From assembly GCA_016203765.1 (NCBI GenBank), contig JACQMB010000145.1, forward strand, positions 72,964 through 136,963: a DNA stretch of 64,000 nt, given 5' to 3'. The stretch is from Deltaproteobacteria bacterium. GTDB lineage: Bacteria; UBA10199; SPLOWO2-01-44-7. Positions 9,952 to 19,886 of the stretch are shown piece by piece. The translations under genes and the position numbers were made by a program. The notes beneath the pieces were generated by a model. That model was not told where the DNA came from and made no database searches. It worked only from the letters and a program-made list of their open reading frames with translations. Within the stretch, counting starts at the first letter, position 1, and the number at the start of each line of letters is the position of its first letter.

Positions 9952-10627
9952 GGGGACGCGGCTCAATGAGCTGACGGAGAGCATCCCCAAGCCCTTGGTG
10001 GAAATAGGGGGGAAACCGATCTTGTGGCATGTCATGAAGATCTACGCCCGCCACGGCTTTAACCGGTTTGTCTTGTGCCTGGGGTATAAGGGGAATTTGA
10101 TCGAGGACTATTTCGGCAAAAACCGGGAGCCCGGATGGGAAATCGTTTTCGCGGATACCGGCCTAAAAACCAATACCGGCGGGCGAATCAAAAAAATCGA
10201 AAAGCATATCGATGACGACTTGTTTTTCGCCACCTACGGGGACGGCCTGGCCGATATTGATTTAAAAAAACTTCTCGATTACCACAAACAAAAAGGGATG
10301 ACCACCACCGTCACTTGCGTCAATCCCGTTTCTCAATTTGGCGTCATCGATACGGATGAAAATGATTTGATCGTCCGGTTCAGGGAAAAACCGAGGGTCC
10401 ATCAATGGATCAATGGCGGTTTTTTTGTTTTCAACAAGGCGATTTTTAACGTCTTAACGGAGGAGGATGTTTTGGAGAGAAGGCCGTTTGAGCTTTTGGC
10501 GGAGAAGAAAGAAATTGCCGCGTACAAATTCAAGGGTTTTTGGGACTGCATGGACACTTTCAAAGATATGCAGTTATTGAATAATTTGTGGAATGAGAAC
10601 AAGGCCCCCTGGAAGGTTTGGTCATGA
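9923..10627 (+). CDS. rfbF: Glucose-1-phosphate cytidylyltransferase
   Basis: MKTVILCGGEGTRL...PKPLVEIGGKPILWHVMKIY. Closely matches the RfbF/DdhA N-terminus and length (234 aa). Confidence 0.85.
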   Translation: MKTVILCGGEGTRLNELTESIPKPLVEIGGKPILWHVMKIYARHGFNRFVLCLGYKGNLIEDYFGKNREPGWEIVFADTGLKTNTGGRIKKIEKHIDDDLFFATYGDGLADIDLKKLLDYHKQKGMTTTVTCVNPVSQFGVIDTDENDLIVRFREKPRVHQWINGGFFVFNKAIFNVLTEEDVLERRPFELLAEKKEIAAYKFKGFWDCMDTFKDMQLLNNLWNENKAPWKVWS

Positions 10628-11685
10628 CGCGTTTTTGGGAAAAGAAAAGGGTTTTGATAACCGGTCACACGGGCTTTAAAGGTTCTTGGCTCTCCATCCG
10701 ACTGCGGGAGGAGGGGGCCGATCTTTTGGGAGTCGGCCTGAAATCAAGGCATGCATTGGATAATTTTTCCGTCTCCGGTCTGGAATCAAAGGTCACAACC
10801 GCCTATCAGGACATCAGGGATTTTGAAGGGCTCAGTCGTATTTTCCGGGACTTCAAGCCTGAAATCGTCTTTCACCTCGCCGCGCAGTCTTTGGTGGCGA
10901 CAAGCTATGACCGGCCCAAGGAGACTTTTGAAACCAACACCATGGGGACTCTGCATGTTCTGGAGGCGATCCGCCGGTGTCCCGCCGTGAAAAGCGCGGT
11001 GCTGATTACCAGTGATAAATGCTATCAAAACGTTGAGCGGGTTTTGGGTTACCGGGAAGAGGATCGGCTGGGCGGCGACGACCCCTACAGCGCCAGCAAG
11101 GCCGCGGCGGAACTGGTCATCCAAAGCTACCGGCAATGTTATTTCAACGACGGCCGGCCCCTGATCGCCTCCTGCCGGGCCGGCAATGTGGTCGGGGGAG
11201 GGGACTGGTCCGAACATCGCATCGTCCCCGATTGTTTTCGCTCTCTCTTTGCCGGAAATCCGGTTGTGATTCGCAATCCCAAGGCCACCCGGCCCTGGCA
11301 GTTTGTTTTGGAGCCGTTGCGCGGTTACATGATGCTGGCGGAGAAATTGTTTGATGGGCAAAGGAAATTTTCCGCCGCTTGGAACTTCGGCCCTTCCCTG
11401 GAAAAAGCGTACACCGTTCAGGAAGTGACCGATGCCATCCTCAAAGATTGGGGCGGGGGAAAAGTCATGATCGAGCCGAATCCGTTGTTTCACGAATCGA
11501 ATCTGCTCCAGCTGGATTGCGCGAAGGCCGGCAGGGAACTGGGATGGAAACCCCGGCTGACCTTTGAGGAATCAATCCGTTGGACCACGCAATGGTACAA
11601 GGCGCTCCGCGCCGACCCCAAAAAAGAGATGTATGATTTTTGCGTGCGGCAGATCCGGGACTACCGGGGGACCGAAACAGAATGA
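10618..11685 (+). CDS. rfbG: CDP-glucose 4,6-dehydratase
   Basis: WEKKRVLITGHTGFKGSWLS Rossmann motif, the YSASKAAAE catalytic YxxxK, and length 355 aa. Confidence 0.85.
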   Translation: MVMTRFWEKKRVLITGHTGFKGSWLSIRLREEGADLLGVGLKSRHALDNFSVSGLESKVTTAYQDIRDFEGLSRIFRDFKPEIVFHLAAQSLVATSYDRPKETFETNTMGTLHVLEAIRRCPAVKSAVLITSDKCYQNVERVLGYREEDRLGGDDPYSASKAAAELVIQSYRQCYFNDGRPLIASCRAGNVVGGGDWSEHRIVPDCFRSLFAGNPVVIRNPKATRPWQFVLEPLRGYMMLAEKLFDGQRKFSAAWNFGPSLEKAYTVQEVTDAILKDWGGGKVMIEPNPLFHESNLLQLDCAKAGRELGWKPRLTFEESIRWTTQWYKALRADPKKEMYDFCVRQIRDYRGTETE

Positions 11686-12923
11686 AAGCGGTGCATTGCA
11701 GAATCTGCCTGGCAACGGGGCTGACGCCGGTTCTGGATTACGGCCGCGTCGCCCTTTCGGACAGTTTTTTGGCCGGGCGGGAAGAGGCCCGAAAGGAGAA
11801 AAAATTTCCCTTAAAATTGTGCATTTGCCCCCACTGCCGGCATTTGCAAATTGATGAGATCGTCGATCCCCGTCTGCTGTTCGCGCACTATCCCTGGGAA
11901 ACGGGCATTTCCAAGTCGGTCCTTTGTTTCGCGCAAGAGTTATATCAAACGGCGATCCGTTTTTATCGCCTCCTCCCCGCGGAACAGGCGCCGAAGGTTT
12001 TGGAGATCGCCAGCAATGACGGGTCTGTTTTGTCCGTGTTTCAAAAGAACGGCTGTGAAGTATTGGGGATAGATCCGGCGGAAAATATCGTTCAAATTGC
12101 CAACGGGCGGGGAATACGCTCGCTCCCCGAGTTTTTTGATTTGAATTGCGCGAAGGCCGTCGTGTCGGAATACGGGCAATGGGACATCGGTTTGGCCCGC
12201 AATGTCCTGGCCCATGTCAAGGATTTGCATGGGCTCGCGGAAGGGATCAGAACAATTCTTAACCGGGAAGGTTTTGTCATTATTGAAGTGCCCCATCTCA
12301 AGACCATGTTCCGGGAGCTTCAGTATGATCAGGTCTTTCATGAGCATTTAGGCTACCATTCGTTGGACAGCGTCCAAAAACTTTTTTTTGGCCACGGGAT
12401 GGAGATTTTTGACGTGGAGGAGGTATGGATCCACGGCGGTTCCATTCGGGTGTTTTTGCAGCATGAGGGAGGTCCAAGACCGGTCGGCGAAAACGTGCGA
12501 AGGGTTTTGGAGGAAGAAAAAAAACTTGGGCTTTATCGGGAGGAGGCCTGGGGCCGGTTTGCCCGGCGGGCCGCGGCCCACCGGGACGCCTTGCGGGGGG
12601 AGCTGAAAAAATTAAAGGGAGACCAGCGCAAGATAGCCGTCTATGGGGCCTCCGGAAAGGGGCAGTCTCTTCTCCAGTTTTGCGGGTTGGATGGGCGCCT
12701 GATCGATTATGTGGTTGATAAGAGCGCGATGAAACAAAACAAATGGACCCCCGGCACCCATCTCCCTATTTTCTCCCCCGCCCGTCTCTATGAAGAGAGG
12801 CCGGATGTCGTTTTGTTGTGCGCCTGGAATTTCGCCAAGGAAATCGTCGAACAGGAAAAAAGGTTTGTGGAAGAGGGGGGACGGTTTCTTCACCCCTTCC
12901 CCATGCCCCATTACTTGCCATGA
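11682..12923 (+). CDS. SAM-dependent NDP-hexose C-methyltransferase (TylCIII-like family, Zn-ribbon N-terminus)
   Basis: N-terminal CRIC...CPHC zinc-binding pattern, methyltransferase motif VLEIASNDGS, and a C-terminal C-methyltransferase-type domain. ATG overlaps the rfbG stop (ATGA). Confidence 0.65.
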   Translation: MKAVHCRICLATGLTPVLDYGRVALSDSFLAGREEARKEKKFPLKLCICPHCRHLQIDEIVDPRLLFAHYPWETGISKSVLCFAQELYQTAIRFYRLLPAEQAPKVLEIASNDGSVLSVFQKNGCEVLGIDPAENIVQIANGRGIRSLPEFFDLNCAKAVVSEYGQWDIGLARNVLAHVKDLHGLAEGIRTILNREGFVIIEVPHLKTMFRELQYDQVFHEHLGYHSLDSVQKLFFGHGMEIFDVEEVWIHGGSIRVFLQHEGGPRPVGENVRRVLEEEKKLGLYREEAWGRFARRAAAHRDALRGELKKLKGDQRKIAVYGASGKGQSLLQFCGLDGRLIDYVVDKSAMKQNKWTPGTHLPIFSPARLYEERPDVVLLCAWNFAKEIVEQEKRFVEEGGRFLHPFPMPHYLP

Positions 12924-13576
12924 AAATGAAAACGGTCGTCTGTCTGCCTACTTATAACGAGGAAGAAAGCCTGCAGGAGATGATCGATCAAATCCGGGGA
13001 CTGGGGTTCGACCTGTTTGTCGTGGATGCCGGTTCCGGAGATCAAACCGTTGCCATTGCCCAACAAAACAGGGTCCCTGTTTATCAGCGGGACGGGAAGG
13101 GAAAGGGATGGGGGGTCCGCAAGGCGATCGCGGTGGCCAAACAACAGGGTTTCGACAATCTGGTCCTGATTGATTGCGACTGCACCTATCCGCCGCAATC
13201 GATTCCGGACTTGTTGACGCATCTTCCGGCCTATGACATGGCGGTAGGCCAAAGAAGGATAACCGATATTCCCAAAAGGAATCGTCTCCCCAACAAGTTT
13301 TTTACCGCCTTCGTGAATTTGCTGTTCGGCTCCCGTTTGCGCGACGTCAATTCGGGAATGAGGGTTTTTAAAGTGGAAGGAATGCCGCCGTTGGACGCCG
13401 AAGAATTTGAAGTGGAAGCGCAGATGACGATTCGGGCCTTGAAAAAAAAGTTGAAGATCAAGGAGGTCCCCATTGAGTACCGCGTTCGCAAAGGAGAGAC
13501 CAAGGTCAGGGTCCGGGACGGGTTCGTTATCTTGTGGGGGATTCTCAAGGAAAAATTCGGGGGATGCGACGGGTGA
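12920..13576 (+). CDS. Glycosyltransferase family 2, polyprenyl-phosphate sugar synthase-like (DPM1/GtrB-like)
   Basis: MKTVVCLPTYNEEESL, DAGSGDQT and a DCD motif. Size is 218 aa. Confidence 0.75.
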   Translation: MKMKTVVCLPTYNEEESLQEMIDQIRGLGFDLFVVDAGSGDQTVAIAQQNRVPVYQRDGKGKGWGVRKAIAVAKQQGFDNLVLIDCDCTYPPQSIPDLLTHLPAYDMAVGQRRITDIPKRNRLPNKFFTAFVNLLFGSRLRDVNSGMRVFKVEGMPPLDAEEFEVEAQMTIRALKKKLKIKEVPIEYRVRKGETKVRVRDGFVILWGILKEKFGGCDG

Positions 13577-13700
13577 TGCTGTCGGCGTGTTACATCCTGG
13601 GCGTGGGGGGGATTTTTTTGCTGGCCCATGCCCTTTGCGCCCGGCGGTTCGACATCGGAAAACTTTTCACCGTTTCGATGGCCTGGACCCTGGGGGCGGG

Positions 13701-13804
13701 TCAGATTTCCTTGGCGAGCTCGCCGATATCGGCCGCCTCCACCCGACTGAGAATTTCCCGAATGGTCTTTTGTTCGTTATAAACGGGGATCACCACGGAA
13801 AGCT

Positions 13805-13808
<4 letters not shown>
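13701..13808 (-). pseudogene. Remnant of a GT2 glycosyltransferase N-terminus (35 codons then stop)
   Basis: [35 protein letters not shown] followed by a stop. Its ATG overlaps the UXS stop (ATGA). Confidence 0.35.
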
Positions 13809-14729
<921 letters not shown>

Positions 14730-14755
<26 letters not shown>

Positions 14756-16046
14756 AGCTCGCGTAAAAAAACCCGGATGCTTTTAATTTTTGCGGGTTGT
14801 AGAGATTCCGTCCGTCAAAAATCACCGGCCGGCGCATCCGCCGCTTCATTTTTTCGAAATCCGGGCTTCGAAACTCATTCCATTCCGTGCAGATCACCAG
14901 GGCATCGGCCTCCTCCAGGCAGGCGTAGTTGTTGGAGACCCATTCGACCTTTTTTCCGATGGGCGTCTCCCGCGCTTTGGGACCGGCCACCGGATCAAAG
15001 GCGCGGATCATGGCCCCCCCCTCGCTCAATTTTTCCATCAAATAGAGGGCCGGGGCCTCGCGAACGTCATCGGTCTCCGGTTTGAAGCTGATTCCCCAAA
15101 AGGCGATCCTTTTGCCCCGCAAGTTTTTTGATGAGCCGAAATGGCCGATGATTTTTTCAAAAAAGATTTTCCTCTGCTTTTTGTTGACGGTATCAACGGC
15201 TTGAAGCAGGGAAAGCGGATAGTCTTTGTCCGCCCCCAGCTGCAAGAGGGCGGCCACGTCCTTGGGGAGGCACGATCCCCCGTACCCCAGCCCCGGAAAC
15301 AAAAAATGGGGGCCGACGCGATGATCCCATCCGAGGGCCTCGCGGACCTTGTCGATGTCCGCCCCCGCGCGTTCGCACAAATTGGCCATTTCATTCATGA
15401 AGGAAATGCGGCAGGCCAGCATGGCGTTGGCGACGTATTTGGTCAGTTCCGCCGAAGGGATGTCCATCACCAAAAAACGCTCCCGTTTGCGCATGAAAGG
15501 GGCGTAGAGCTCCCGAAGGACCTCGGCGTCTTCCGGCCGTTCCACTCCCACCACGATCCGATCGGGGTGGCTGAAATCCTGAACCGACGTTCCTTCTTTC
15601 AAAAATTCCGGGTTGGAGGCGACGGGCACTTCCCATTTTTTTTTAAGCCGTTCTTTTATTTTTAAAGTGGTTCCGACCGGCACCGTGCTTTTGGTGACAA
15701 CGAGGGTGGAAGGTTCCAATGCCGCGCTCAAGGCCTCCGCGGCGGCAAAGACATTGGTTAAATCGGTTGTGCCGTCATGGTTGGACGGCGTGTCGACGGT
15801 GAGAAAACAGATGTCCGCTTTCTCCATGGCCGGCGCGAGGGCGGTTGTAAAAAAAAGACGTTCCTCCGTGATCCCGCGTTTGACCAATGAATCCAGCCCC
15901 GGCTCATAAATGGGGATAATCCCATCCGACAGCTTCCTTATCTTTTCCTCGTTTTTATCCGAACACCAGACTTCGTTGCCGGCATCCGCCAAACAAGCGC
16001 CGGTCACCAAGCCGACATATCCCGTTCCGATAATCGAGATTTTCAT
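14730..16046 (-). CDS. ugd: UDP-glucose 6-dehydrogenase
   Basis: [20 protein letters not shown] and the catalytic GGSCLPKD motif. The ORF-track start at 16289 is read-through. The true ATG at 16044..16046 overlaps the MIPS stop. Confidence 0.85.
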
Positions 16047-17359
16047 TCGTAATATTCGGTTCCCAAATGCGTGATCGGCTCCTCGCCCATCATATGCCGG
16101 AGCGTGTTTTTGAGCTTCATCTGCTGGATGAAAAGATTGTGCTCGGGGTAGAGCCCCTCCGCCACCATGGGGGATTTGTAATAAAAAGAGAGCCACTCCT
16201 GAACCCCTTTCATGCCGGCGCGCTTGGCCAAATCCATCAACAAGACCAAATCCAAAACAATGGGGGCGGCCAAAATAGAATCGCGGCATAAAAAATTGAT
16301 TTTGAGTTGCATGGGATAACCCAGCCAGCCGAAGAGATCGATATTATCCCAACTCTCCTTGTTGTCGCCGCGGGGGGGATAGTAGTTGATCCGCACCTTG
16401 TGGTAGAGATTGCCGTAGAGTTCCGGTTGAAGTTCCGGCTGTAAAATCGTGTCCAAAACGGAGAGCTTGCTCTCTTCTTTCGTCTTGAAATTTTCCGGAT
16501 CGTCCAGGACTTCGCCGTCGCGATTCCCCAAAATATTGGATGAAAACCAGCCGTTGATCCCCAGCAGACGGGCCCTTAGGCCGGGGGCGATAATTGTTTT
16601 CATCAATGTTTGGCCGGTCTTAAAATCTTTGCCGGAGATCGGCGCGGCCGTTTCGATGGCCAGCGTTTGCAAGGCCGGTGTGTCGACCGTCAAATTGGGG
16701 GCGCCGTTGGCAAAAGGTATCCCCAGCTTCAAGGCCGCGTAGGCATAAATCATGCTGGGGGCGATATTCGGGTCGTTTTCTTTCAGCCCCTTTTCGAAAC
16801 TTTCCAGGGAGGCGTGGACGGCGGCCGGCTGGCGATAAGCCTCCGTGGAGGCGCACCAGATCATGTTCAACCGGTCGCATTTTTTTTCGTCTTTGAATCG
16901 AAGGATATCTTCGGTCAGTTGCTGGGCCAGATCCCATTTGGTTTTGGCCTGTTTGGCGTGCGTTCCATCCAGCCGGCGCACGTAATTTTTGTCGAAGACC
17001 GCCTTCCAGGGGCGCAAGACTTGCAGATCCTCTTTCAAATCCTCGATCTGGTTTTTTTCCAAAACGCCGGCATTAACCGCCGAGGTGTAGGCGTCATCGG
17101 CAAAAATATCCCACGCCCCAAAAACCAAATCCTCCATGTTCGCCAAGGGGACAAAGTCTTTGACCAGGGGGCTCTTATGCTCGGTTCGTTTGCCCAGCCG
17201 GATGGTCCCCATCTGGGTCAAGGAACCAAAAGGCCGGGCCAGGCCCCTCAGGCTTGCCAAAACACCGGCCACAAAGGTGGTGGAGACCGCCCCGAGGCCT
17301 ACTATCATAACCCCCAGTTTTCCTTGAGGTTTTTGGATTTTTGTTCGGATCTCAGTCAT
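16043..17359 (-). CDS. ino1: myo-Inositol-1-phosphate synthase
   Basis: Hallmark MIPS blocks GLGAVSTTFVAG, NGAPNLT, SKLSVLD and NYYPPRGDN. Confidence 0.85.
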   Translation of the reverse strand: MTEIRTKIQKPQGKLGVMIVGLGAVSTTFVAGVLASLRGLARPFGSLTQMGTIRLGKRTEHKSPLVKDFVPLANMEDLVFGAWDIFADDAYTSAVNAGVLEKNQIEDLKEDLQVLRPWKAVFDKNYVRRLDGTHAKQAKTKWDLAQQLTEDILRFKDEKKCDRLNMIWCASTEAYRQPAAVHASLESFEKGLKENDPNIAPSMIYAYAALKLGIPFANGAPNLTVDTPALQTLAIETAAPISGKDFKTGQTLMKTIIAPGLRARLLGINGWFSSNILGNRDGEVLDDPENFKTKEESKLSVLDTILQPELQPELYGNLYHKVRINYYPPRGDNKESWDNIDLFGWLGYPMQLKINFLCRDSILAAPIVLDLVLLMDLAKRAGMKGVQEWLSFYYKSPMVAEGLYPEHNLFIQQMKLKNTLRHMMGEEPITHLGTEYYE

Positions 17360-17672
17360 GGTTTGACGTTCCTTAGCATATTGGTGTATTTTGGCCACAA
17401 AATAATTTTTCGTTTTTCGCGTTTTTTTAAGCAACTTTTTTGGGGCTCCGCCGATAAGGTAAGTGAGATGATCAAGTGGTTCCAAAATTGGGTGAAGGGG
17501 AAAGCGGCCGGGGAGTCGACCCTTTTCGATGTGGCCCACGAGGTTTTGAGGCCCTCCTTTTTCAACCGCGAACTGAAAAAACAAAAGGTCAAAACGCAGA
17601 TCAAAAAGTTTTCCTCTTTTCCCATTATGGACGACGCCTCTTTTGAAATGGTCGAAGAAATCACCGAAACCG

Positions 17673-18422
17673 TCACCGAGGCCTGCGAGGCCGACCCGAA
17701 AGTGAACCGTCTTTTTGAAGATTCCTGATTGCCTGTTCAGCCTTTTCCAAGTCCTCCGGCGTGTCAATCTCCAGCCAGCGAATCCCTGAAGTGTCGGCGA
17801 TCGTGATCGGTTCGCCCCGGGCGGCCAGGTCCCCCAAAATCATCTCCACGGAGGCCTTGGGACCAAGTTTAGCCAACGCCGTTTCCCGTGCCGAAAGATA
17901 AGTGGAGAGTTTGGAGGCAGGGCAATAAGTCATTCCAATATAACCCCCATCATAATCTTTTAATGTTTTGTGAATGGCTTGAATTGTCCCCTGCCGACCC
18001 CTTTTGATTTTCATGTCATCGGCAACCAGGGGGCGATCAAAGTCACAGGCGGCCGTGATCCCTTTGCTTTGTTTTAGCAACACGTCGAGAAGGTGCTTGG
18101 GATAGATATGATCTGCATTGCATAATAAAAAATCATCATCCAAAATGGAGAGGGTGCATTGCATGCCTAAGAGACTCCCTTTATCAAAATGGGGTGTTTG
18201 AAAAATGCGAACGGAAGGGTAGTGTTTTTTCAGAAAATCAATGCAAAGGGGGGCTTGATAGCCAACGACCACCCCGATTTCAGCAATACGGCTGTTTTGA
18301 AGAAATTCCAAGGTATAGCTGATTAACGCTCGTCCGGCAACGTTCACTAAAACCTTCGGTTGGTTCTGGGTTAGGTGATTCAAACGATCACCCTGGCCGC
18401 CTGCTAAAATGAGTGCCTTCAT
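17673..18422 (-). CDS. Sugar/alcohol-phosphate nucleotidyltransferase, candidate CTP:inositol-1-phosphate cytidylyltransferase
   Basis: MKALILAGGQGDRL...PKVLV NTP-transferase signature. Size is 249 aa. It lies between MIPS and the CDP-alcohol phosphatidyltransferase. Confidence 0.6.
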   Translation of the reverse strand: MKALILAGGQGDRLNHLTQNQPKVLVNVAGRALISYTLEFLQNSRIAEIGVVVGYQAPLCIDFLKKHYPSVRIFQTPHFDKGSLLGMQCTLSILDDDFLLCNADHIYPKHLLDVLLKQSKGITAACDFDRPLVADDMKIKRGRQGTIQAIHKTLKDYDGGYIGMTYCPASKLSTYLSARETALAKLGPKASVEMILGDLAARGEPITIADTSGIRWLEIDTPEDLEKAEQAIRNLQKDGSLSGRPRRPR

Positions 18423-18440
18423 AATAGAAAATCCTCGCTG

Positions 18441-19151
18441 TTAGAATATTACTTTCAATTCGACAAGAGTGGAAATAACCATCGCCTTGGGGAAATGGTT
18501 TTGAAAATCTTTGGCCGAAAACAACCCCACTTTGCCGATAAAATCGATCCCGTTTTCTTCGGCGCGCTCCCCGTCCTTGAGGGAATCGCCGATAAAGACC
18601 GTCTCCTCGCGGCGGACTCCCCACCGGTTTAAAACATAAAGGAAATGATCCGCCCCCTTGGCGAAATTTTTCCGCCACCCCAGGGCCAGGTCGCAGGGGA
18701 TTTCCAGTTGATGCGCCAGTTTTTCCACCAGGTCGGCGGCGCTGTTGGACGAGATCGCCACCGCGTATTTTTTTTCTTTCAGATATTGCAGGGTCGGTTT
18801 GCAGTCGTCAAAAGGGATCTGCTCAAAATAGTTTTTCCTCTTTTTGGCTTCAAAATCGGCATTGGCCCGGGCGTTTTTCGTTTTTTCTTTGGGAAAAAGA
18901 ACGGCCATCTGGTCGCAAAAGGCCAGCCCCGAAGTTTGAACGTAGAGCCGGCGCCCCTCCGCGGGGGGCAGGTCGTAATGCTCCGCCATCACGCCGGCCG
19001 CCAGGTCGGCCAGCCAATTCATCGAATCGACGAGGGTTCCGTCGAAGTCGAAGCAGAGAATTTTTTTAGAGGACCAGGGACCATGGACCAGGGACCAAGG
19101 ACCCTCATTTTGGTTTATGGCCTGATTCTTTGTTTCCATTTTAACCATAGT
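18441..19151 (-). CDS. HAD-superfamily phosphatase
   Basis: Motif I ILCFDFDGTLVDS and a C-terminal GDSLKD (motif IV). The 357-aa ORF-track frame is read-through. Start chosen at MVKMETK. Confidence 0.6.
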   Translation of the reverse strand, partial: TMVKMETKNQAINQNEGPWSLVHGPWSSKKILCFDFDGTLVDSMNWLADLAAGVMAEHYDLPPAEGRRLYVQTSGLAFCDQMAVLFPKEKTKNARANADFEAKKRKNYFEQIPFDDCKPTLQYLKEKKYAVAISSNSAADLVEKLAHQLEIPCDLALGWRKNFAKGADHFLYVLNRWGVRREETVFIGDSLKDGERAEENGIDFIGKVGLFSAKDFQNHFPKAMVISTLVELKVIF

Positions 19152-19807
19152 AATATCCCATTGGACAGCCAGATGCCGACGGCGGCGATGTAAAGCCAGG
19201 CGGGCAAAATGCCGACCAGGGCAAAGAGAAAAAACATCAGTGAAAAAACGTCTTTCCGCATGAAGACGCGCCCGTAGCGGATGAAGGTCATCAAAAAAGA
19301 ACCGCTCTGGATCGGCAGTTTGGAGAGATATTCCTTGTCGAAAGTCACCAGGCTGGCTGATTTTGTGTTTCGCTTTAAAAAAAGAATAATTTGGAAAAAT
19401 AAAACGGCCAGGCCGGAAACGAGCAAGAGGGCCAAACCCCAGCCAAAGTTTGCCGCCAGCAGACCGGCAAAAAAACTGATCAACGCCCCGTTGTCGCTGA
19501 TGGAGTCGAGCCATTCACCCAACTTGGAGGTCATCCCGCGCAGTTTGGCCACCTCGCCGTCACAGCCATCAAAGATGGAAGCCATTTGAAAAAGAAAACC
19601 GCCCAAAAGGTAAAAAGGGTAGGTTCCTTGAGCCGTGAAAAAACCGGTGCTCCAGCCGAGGGTAATGTTGAAGGCGGAGATCCAATTGGGATGCACCCCC
19701 CATTTGGCCAACTGCCAGCTGATCGGCAGGGAAATGCGTTTGTTTAGGTGTCTCGCCACCGGTCCCGGTGTGGCCAGGCGGATGGCTTCCAGGCGTTTTT
19801 TGTCCAT
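19115..19807 (-). CDS. CDP-alcohol phosphatidyltransferase family protein, candidate DIPP synthase-like
   Basis: Signature DGCDGEVAKLRGMTSKLGEWLDSISDNG, matching D-G-x2-A-R-x8-G-x3-D-x3-D. Multiple TM segments. Confidence 0.8.
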   Translation of the reverse strand: MDKKRLEAIRLATPGPVARHLNKRISLPISWQLAKWGVHPNWISAFNITLGWSTGFFTAQGTYPFYLLGGFLFQMASIFDGCDGEVAKLRGMTSKLGEWLDSISDNGALISFFAGLLAANFGWGLALLLVSGLAVLFFQIILFLKRNTKSASLVTFDKEYLSKLPIQSGSFLMTFIRYGRVFMRKDVFSLMFFLFALVGILPAWLYIAAVGIWLSNGILLWLKWKQRIRP

Positions 19808-19886
19808 CCATCTCGAATATAGGCATCCGTGTCAGGACGCAACTATTTTTTGCAATGGGCGAAAATCTTTGGTAGGGAAGGGAAAA

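Noticed and set aside
10786-11493. 235-aa minus-strand ORF
   Set aside because: Antisense to rfbG.
16610-17728. 372-aa plus-strand ORF
   Set aside because: Mostly antisense to the clearly recognisable MIPS gene. Only its last ~86 codons, which fall in an intergenic gap, are discussed as a possible small ORF.
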